Shown one piece after another: positions 57,801 through 64,000 of a stretch of 64,000 nt of DNA. Under the pieces are notes generated by a model, which was not told the DNA's origin, searched no databases, and saw nothing but the letters and a program-made list of their open reading frames with translations. The number at the start of each line of letters is the position of its first letter. The first letter of the stretch is position 1. The stretch comes from Styela clava (taxonomy: Eukaryota), in the NCBI RefSeq assembly GCF_964204865.1, contig NC_135253.1:16492001-16556000 (forward strand), in the 5' to 3' direction. A program made the position numbers and the translations under genes.

Positions 57801-60252
57801 GCAATTGAAAATATGTATATTTTATGGCTCTCTTGACCAAAAAGGTTCCCGACCCCTGCCCTAAAGACTTTGGTGTATGCTAGCGTTTTTAAATTGTCTT
57901 TCGAAAGCTTAGTCAACTTTTTGGTTGAATTTCTGTCAGAAATCTTGACTATGATTATCATCATTAGAAATTGGAAGAGTTAATACCATTCCAACCTTGG
58001 TGAGTTTGAACATATCGACACCTCAAAACCAAACAGTGCTAAGTACACTTTTCCAAAAAATGACATTTTTCAATTGCTGATTTTCCTGGACTTAGCTCTA
58101 CATTTGGGTCTATTTGCCTTATCTCTAGGTGCTCTAGATCTCAAGACAGCTATGGACATAACCCTGCTTTTTTTAGGGCATTTGAGAACTAAACAGAGCT
58201 GTGTCTACTATAGTGGACTTAGCTCTGGATAACTGCATTGTAAGTTGGGGCTAAGTCCGTTTTTTGGACATAGCTCTTCTCAAAAAATATAATACAAAGC
58301 GCTAAGTCCATACCAGCCTCTATAATAACATAACAAAGGGGCCCTAGGTCCAATAAAATTGTTTCTGGTCCAGAAAATTGACAGCCAAAAAGGGTTAAGT
58401 CCAAAAAAAAACCCGCCAAAAAAAATTGGGGCGGAGCACAATTTTTTTTATACCATCTGAATATGGCCTTCATTGTAACTTTGGTCGACCATAAAAACTA
58501 GACATCATCGATGTAAGGTATTAGAGAAATAAAAAAAAGAAATAAAAAAAAAAAACGTTTTTTGCGTTTTTCTCAAAACTAGAAAAATGGACTTAGCCCA
58601 ATTTGGATTTCATGCGTCGATATGCCTTTGCTCCGATAAGGCTCTCACCATGGATATGCAAGGAGATATGCAGGAAGTCTGACATAGACTATATTTTCTG
58701 GTCTATAAATATCCTTTGATTAAATTGTTTCTGTGGACGTAAGATCATCAAAGTAAACCACTGTAATATTTACAGACATCTTTACTCCAAAAATGGCCGG
58801 AATTTTTTTTATACCATCTGAATATGGCCTTCATTGTAACTTTGGTGGACCATAAAAACTAGACATCATCGATGTAAGGTATTAGAGAAATAAAAAAAAG
58901 AAATAAAAAAAAAACAACGTTTTTTGCGTTTTTCTCAAAACTAGAAAAATGGACTTAGCCCAATTTGGATTTCATGCGTCGATATGCCTTTGCTCCGATA
59001 AGGCTCTCACCATGGATATGCAAGGAGATATGCAGGAAGTCTGACATAGACTATATTTTCTGGTCTATAAATATCCTTTGATTAAATTGTTTCTGTGGAC
59101 GTAAGATCATCAAAGTAAACCACTGTAATATTTACAGACATCTTTACTCCAAAAATGGCCGGACAGCAGGACTTCACTGCGTCAATGCCTGAATGCAAAT
59201 ATTCCTCTTGAACTCCGATATGTCATGTGGAAAAACTTCCTTAAAAGTCCAGAAGGTCAGCAACATAAAATAATCACCATCTACGCTCATGTATTTATTC
59301 TTGATCTGTTTTTTTGTATATAATTACACAAATTTGCATGCACAGAAATATGCGAGGTAGTCTCGCATTGCATCATGACTGCCATCTACAATTTTGTGAG
59401 AATTTTTTTTGATATATGAATGAGACTTTATTCCCATATGTGAATCGTTATTAAATATCTGTATAGACCAGTAACTCCTACACTGTACTCACATGAACTC
59501 AAAATTGGATCCTGCTATCTTATTGATTCTCCTTTCTCATGGGATAAATATTAAAATACTATCCCAAATATTTTTATATCTAAACTACTGTGTAGAAGAT
59601 GCACATAATTGCAGTGTTTCCGTATTCATTGAGGATTAGAAAATGAATTACTGTTAGTCATTTTGCATTGCCTGTGAATTATAATACTTGAATGGATATT
59701 ATTTGATTTCCTTCGAGTGTTATTCATGCTAGTTTCTGTCTTCATCTGTTTATTATATTGCATATTTTTAGCTGTGGACAAAAACCTTTCAGCACTTTTT
59801 AAAGATTCAGTTCAGTATTTCCCAACTTTCTTCATTAAATTCCCCCCTTCCCCTATTTTAGAACCCTTTATTCCTCCTTCACTGAGCTAGTATTATGCGC
59901 AAGTACCGCTTTTGTACAGTTTAAGTAGTTTGTAATATGTGCATAGATAAGTATTATAGTAATATTAAAGAATATTAGTAATAATACTACAGTGAGTACA
60001 AAGCAAAATTTCTCCCTAGGATAGAAATTTTTACCGGTTGGGAGATGTGGTTTAGTGTAATTCGCTAAACCTGATCAGTCAATTTTCAGATCAAAACATA
60101 ATCTTTGTGTTTTTCAGCCAGGGAAGAGTATTCGAAATTAGTTGCAAGAGATCCAAAGAAGCTTGTTTCGAAACAAGACTTTGAGATATCAGAGAAATGC
60201 CAAATGCTGCTTGAATCCGATCCAACATTGAAGCAAATTCCTAACAGAAAAG
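54881..60252 (+). CDS. Uncharacterised TBC/Rab-GAP-like protein, 5' part (apparent frameshift in exon 2; later exons not found in the window)
   Basis: Exons 54881-54943, 55621-55770 (GC donor), 56108-56231, 56349-56487, 56913-57055, 59138-59255 (LRQCLNANIPLELRYVMWKNFL, TBC motif IPxxLRxxxW), 60118-60252 (EEYSKL...DFEISEKCQMLL). Phases are consistent from the end of exon 2 onward. Confidence 0.7.
57310..57858. mobile_element. hAT MITE inserted just inside another hAT-like end (CAGTGGTTGGCAAACT at 57233)
   Basis: Perfect TIR CAGGGGTCGGGAACC / GGTTCCCGACCCCTG; exact TSD CCCTAAAG. Confidence 0.93.
58011..58624. mobile_element. Unclassified TIR element (CATATCGAC termini)
   Basis: About 45-bp imperfect TIR (CATATCGAC...CCAAA...GCTAAGT) and internal repeated GGACTTAGC/GCTAAGTCC motifs; no TSD found. 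Confidence 0.6.
58441..59162. repeat. Near-identical ~360-bp tandem duplication
   Basis: 58441-58800 versus 58802-59162; by eye they differ only at GTCGACC/GTGGACC and within a poly-A run. Confidence 0.95.
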
Positions 60253-62134
60253 GTGAGTAATATCCTCTGGAATTTTTGTATTTTATGAAGGAGATTGTTA
60301 GGATTATTTCAGGTCTGATACTGAATGTTATACACAATGTTGCAGTACGAAAAACATATCGTATGACTATCATTTCAAAAGCGCTCAAAGTGACAAGAGG
60401 ACTTGGCACCATGTGACATTTCACAATAATAATGATTATTTAAACAAACCTGCTTAAAAATTTGGCTTCAGAAGCATAAGGTGGAGCAATCAACCTTCAA
60501 CAAGATAACAAAAAAGTTTAGAGAATTGATATTTTGTATAACTTGTGATCGAGACTTGTTATCTTCATTCATTCAGTGTTATTGACAATATTGAGTAGTA
60601 GGATAGATTTTGAATGATTTGCAGTTGATGTGTAAATGTTGAAATACAAAGAAGATTTTTAAGTCATAAGCTGATGAGGTGCTACTTTGGTATGCAACCT
60701 CACTTGCTTAACATGATCTCAATCGCATACTAAAGTGGTACCAATTGTGGTTTAATCTCATGAAAACATTCTCATAGAATTCAGTTCCTAATCCCAACTA
60801 AAAATAAACAATCGCTGAGATCTGCAATTTTGCTTAAGATTGCAGACTTCAAGGCTATTTACCAACTATTGCCAGTTAAAAGTGGCCTTGTTGCAAAATT
60901 TGTTTGTTAGTGAAGATTTTAGTGCTTTATTTATTAAAGCAAGCATGTAAGACTGAATCACGAATGAAATTCTTTTACATTTATTATGTAAATGCATTGA
61001 ATATCTAAGATTTGAATCCTGAGTGTTACATAATACATAGGTATAATGTAAGATTGTGTTGATATGTTCTGATGTCATTGTGCATAAGAACAATTGAGAA
61101 TATCATGTGTATCTCTTATGCAGAGATATGAAATACTATACACCTTTGATGTACTATCTAATGCTATTCCTTCATTTTTCTAAGCTGCCTGTTGCAATTT
61201 CATAATTGAAATTTTATTGAGCCCAAAAATTTTCTTCAGTGTTATTCTGATAATTCTTTTACACTGTTGTTCCCAATAGACCAGATTTACTAACCATGGT
61301 CTAAAATATGTTAACTTCATGATAAAAATTTTGCTCAGTCCATCCATATTAAGCGCTTGAATATGTAAATTTTGTATTATCACAATTTAATCAACACAAA
61401 AAGAACAGAGTGTGTAATAAGATATACCTAAAATTTGAAGCACTAAGAAATACGTTATTATAATTCAGCTCTCACATTTGATATACTATTTGCTTTATAT
61501 CATATGCATGCTAATCTACAAATCTTGAATCCCCATAAATACCAGTTATCAACTTTGATGCGGTAGATATCCATAAAAGATAAGAATACGAAAAAGATTA
61601 GTAATGCTCGTGAGTCCTGAAATAACAATTAAAATGCATCAACATGGGTTTGCTTCAAGTGGAACCCTATTGGAAGTTCAAGTAAAGATAGCAAAAAAAG
61701 TATGGCAAATATTATACTTATTCTTCATATGTTCAAATAATATTACAGTGTTTTAACCTTCGACCAGCAGTTCCCAGTATGAGTTTGGGGGTTCAGCTTG
61801 AATAGTAGGTTTTAAGCTTTAAATAGACCTGGTTACACACTGGCAGCGTTCAGTCGAGTAAAAAGTGAGCTAGGGATGATATTATCGAATTGAATTAATT
61901 TTGTAATAAAACTCATGTTCATGATATTTCAATAGTTCTGTGGATCTTGGAGTAAGAGTAATTGTAAAATTTGAAAAATATGGCAGAATTCTTCTCACGC
62001 ATTGCCGAGGTTATTATCACTTTTTTCAAACAAATATTAACATAATATTATAGTTCAATGAGTATGCAACGCCTTTTTACAGAATTGGGAACCACTGATT
62101 TAACATACAATCTTGAAATTAAAGTTGGTGTGGG

Positions 62135-62426
62135 CAGGGATGGCCAATACCGAATATTTCACAATTCCAAAAACGGAATATCAATTACATTCTAAATTGG
62201 GAGCAAGTTCATGTGGGAAAATATCATCATGTTTATCCTATCCAAAGCGGCGTAAATTAAAAAGGTCATTATTTTTTCTGCGTTGGTTGTTATCAGTTGA
62301 GATATCGTACATTTAGATCCGCTTGTGTGGCGGCTCGAATTATTCAGAATTTTTCCTAAATTCAAAGATTTACTATATTAAACAAAATGTATTTCGAATG
62401 AATTCGATTAGTTTTGGACATCCCTG
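62135..62426. mobile_element. hAT-like MITE
   Basis: TIR CAGGGATGGCCAA / TTGGACATCCCTG; GTGTGGG on both flanks; internal CGAATA/TATTCG motifs. Confidence 0.7.
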
Positions 62427-64000
62427 GCGTGTGGGTAAACTTCACAGGACAGGCACAAACAATTCATTAACAAGTTCAAAGATTATTTTTAACAGTTCCA
62501 TTTTTAGGTCAAAATGCACCTCATCACAATGTTTATTTTTCATGACTGATTTGAACAACAATCAAAAAAGATAACAAATAATTAAGTAATCAAAAATAAC
62601 AAGTAATTAGACAAAAGATATAAAATATACAGTATCTTTACAGGCTAGCACAATTGTGCAGAAAAATTTGTGCAAGCCACTCAACAAATAAAAAGAGTTT
62701 TTTTCATGAAATTCTGCTTTAATAGCTCTAGTAATTGTAATGCATCATTTTACATATAATTCAACTTGAGACTTAGTAAGCCTTTTTCTGTTACTGAAAC
62801 TTTGTTAGGGTTCATTTTAAACCCTGCTTTCAACCAAAAATACAGTATCGAAAAATAAGCATTGGCGAAACTTTGTAACAAGACAGGTCGACATGTACAC
62901 AATATACTGGTACATTTAGATATACATGTTATGAGTGCGGGGTGGCTTCATTACGAAGTTCTCAGTTCTCTCAATTTCTCAGAATAATATGGATGCCACA
63001 GTGAATCTACTGTATTTTTGAGACGTAAATACCAGTTTGATGATTTTCTTCGATCAGCCTTTTTTCGTATTTTGCTTGTCAGTGACACAATATTCAAAAA
63101 AGGAGGATTTATTAAGCTTCCGAAATGTTTTCTTTTTTTTGCATAAAATATTTGCCCAAGGAAGATGGTGGTTGGTTTTTTGTCACCACGACAATAGTCT
63201 GTGTTTGATTTTAATCTCTTTTTGTCTTGCTCCTTGTTCTTCTGAACACTCTGTGGCTTCCTTTTCTCAGTAGAGGCTGAAAATAGGAAGGGCAAACAGA
63301 ATAATTGTAGTAGTTGTCGGTTATATTTGTATGCTGCACAAGAGGCTTCATTATCAATTTGTTCGATCCATATTGCTTCGGTAGCTCTTGACACTTTAGT
63401 GGTCGCTTGCTCAAAGATAATTCTGAGCGAGTGTGCGTTTCTTGCTCTGCCTCTTACAAAAATGCTACTTCATTTTCACATTTTGACAATCTCATATTCA
63501 CAAATTAGATGTTATACCCCGTAATTAGATGTTAAATGTTCACGTAACCGCTGGACGGTTACGGCTTCCTTCACCATCACGTCCATGCATCTAAAAATAA
63601 CTATGGTAATCCAATTCCCGACATGGACTGGCAACCGAACGTTCGGCCCTGGTTCGCCATATGATTAAGCCACCGTATTGGCTTTCTTTCTCGCTTGGAA
63701 TAAAAAATTCAGATCATGAGTGCTCATGGTAAAATGTTCTACATATTTCATTTCGCTTTGCTGCACTACCATAGTAAATTATTCTTACCATAGGCATGTC
63801 CTAATAGCGATGCCAGAAAATTCTTAAATCTGTATTATGATATCTTATTATTTACCTGTACTTCACTTGGATCCATTTTCTTCATCAACGGCTCATTATT
63901 GTCTTTTTCTGAAGTTTTTAGAATTTGTTCATTCAGTTTCTTCAAAAATGCTTCTTTGTAAGTACGATCATCAAGTACTTGACAGACACACATCTTATCC

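Noticed and set aside
62951-64000. Minus-strand ORF pieces, including an open frame at 64000-63856 ending in a GTAAAT donor
   Set aside because: No recognisable domain and no consistent splice path; may be a decayed element or the tail of a gene outside the window.

Overview
AT-rich, intron-containing eukaryotic DNA. Compact gene spacing, short introns and AG acceptors just before start codons suggest an invertebrate chordate, probably an ascidian; this is an inference. I reconstructed ten protein-coding genes by hand-splicing: the 3' part of TRIM9/67 (+), intronless RBM39 (+), a small GEMIN7 missing from the ORF track (+), MCFD2 (+), METTL25 (-), intronless WDR18 (+), TMEM179 (+), VRK1 (-), intronless LACTB2 (-), and the 5' part of an uncharacterised TBC/Rab-GAP-like gene (+). 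Introns and intergenic DNA hold many non-autonomous DNA transposons (hAT MITEs with 8-bp TSDs, a foldback element, a YY1/telomere-motif MITE family), a tRNA-derived SINE, and LINE and P-like remnants. Most notable: (1) MCFD2 has two duplicated, intact, alternative last exons that would give two differently tuned EF-hand proteins; (2) three tight co-oriented pairs each put an intronless gene ahead of an intron-containing one (RBM39-GEMIN7, LACTB2-VRK1, WDR18-TMEM179), consistent with SL trans-spliced operons built by retrocopy capture; (3) an unannotated multi-exon unit lies upstream of RBM39; (4) the TBC-like gene needs a +1 frameshift. Homology calls come from remembered family motifs, not database searches.
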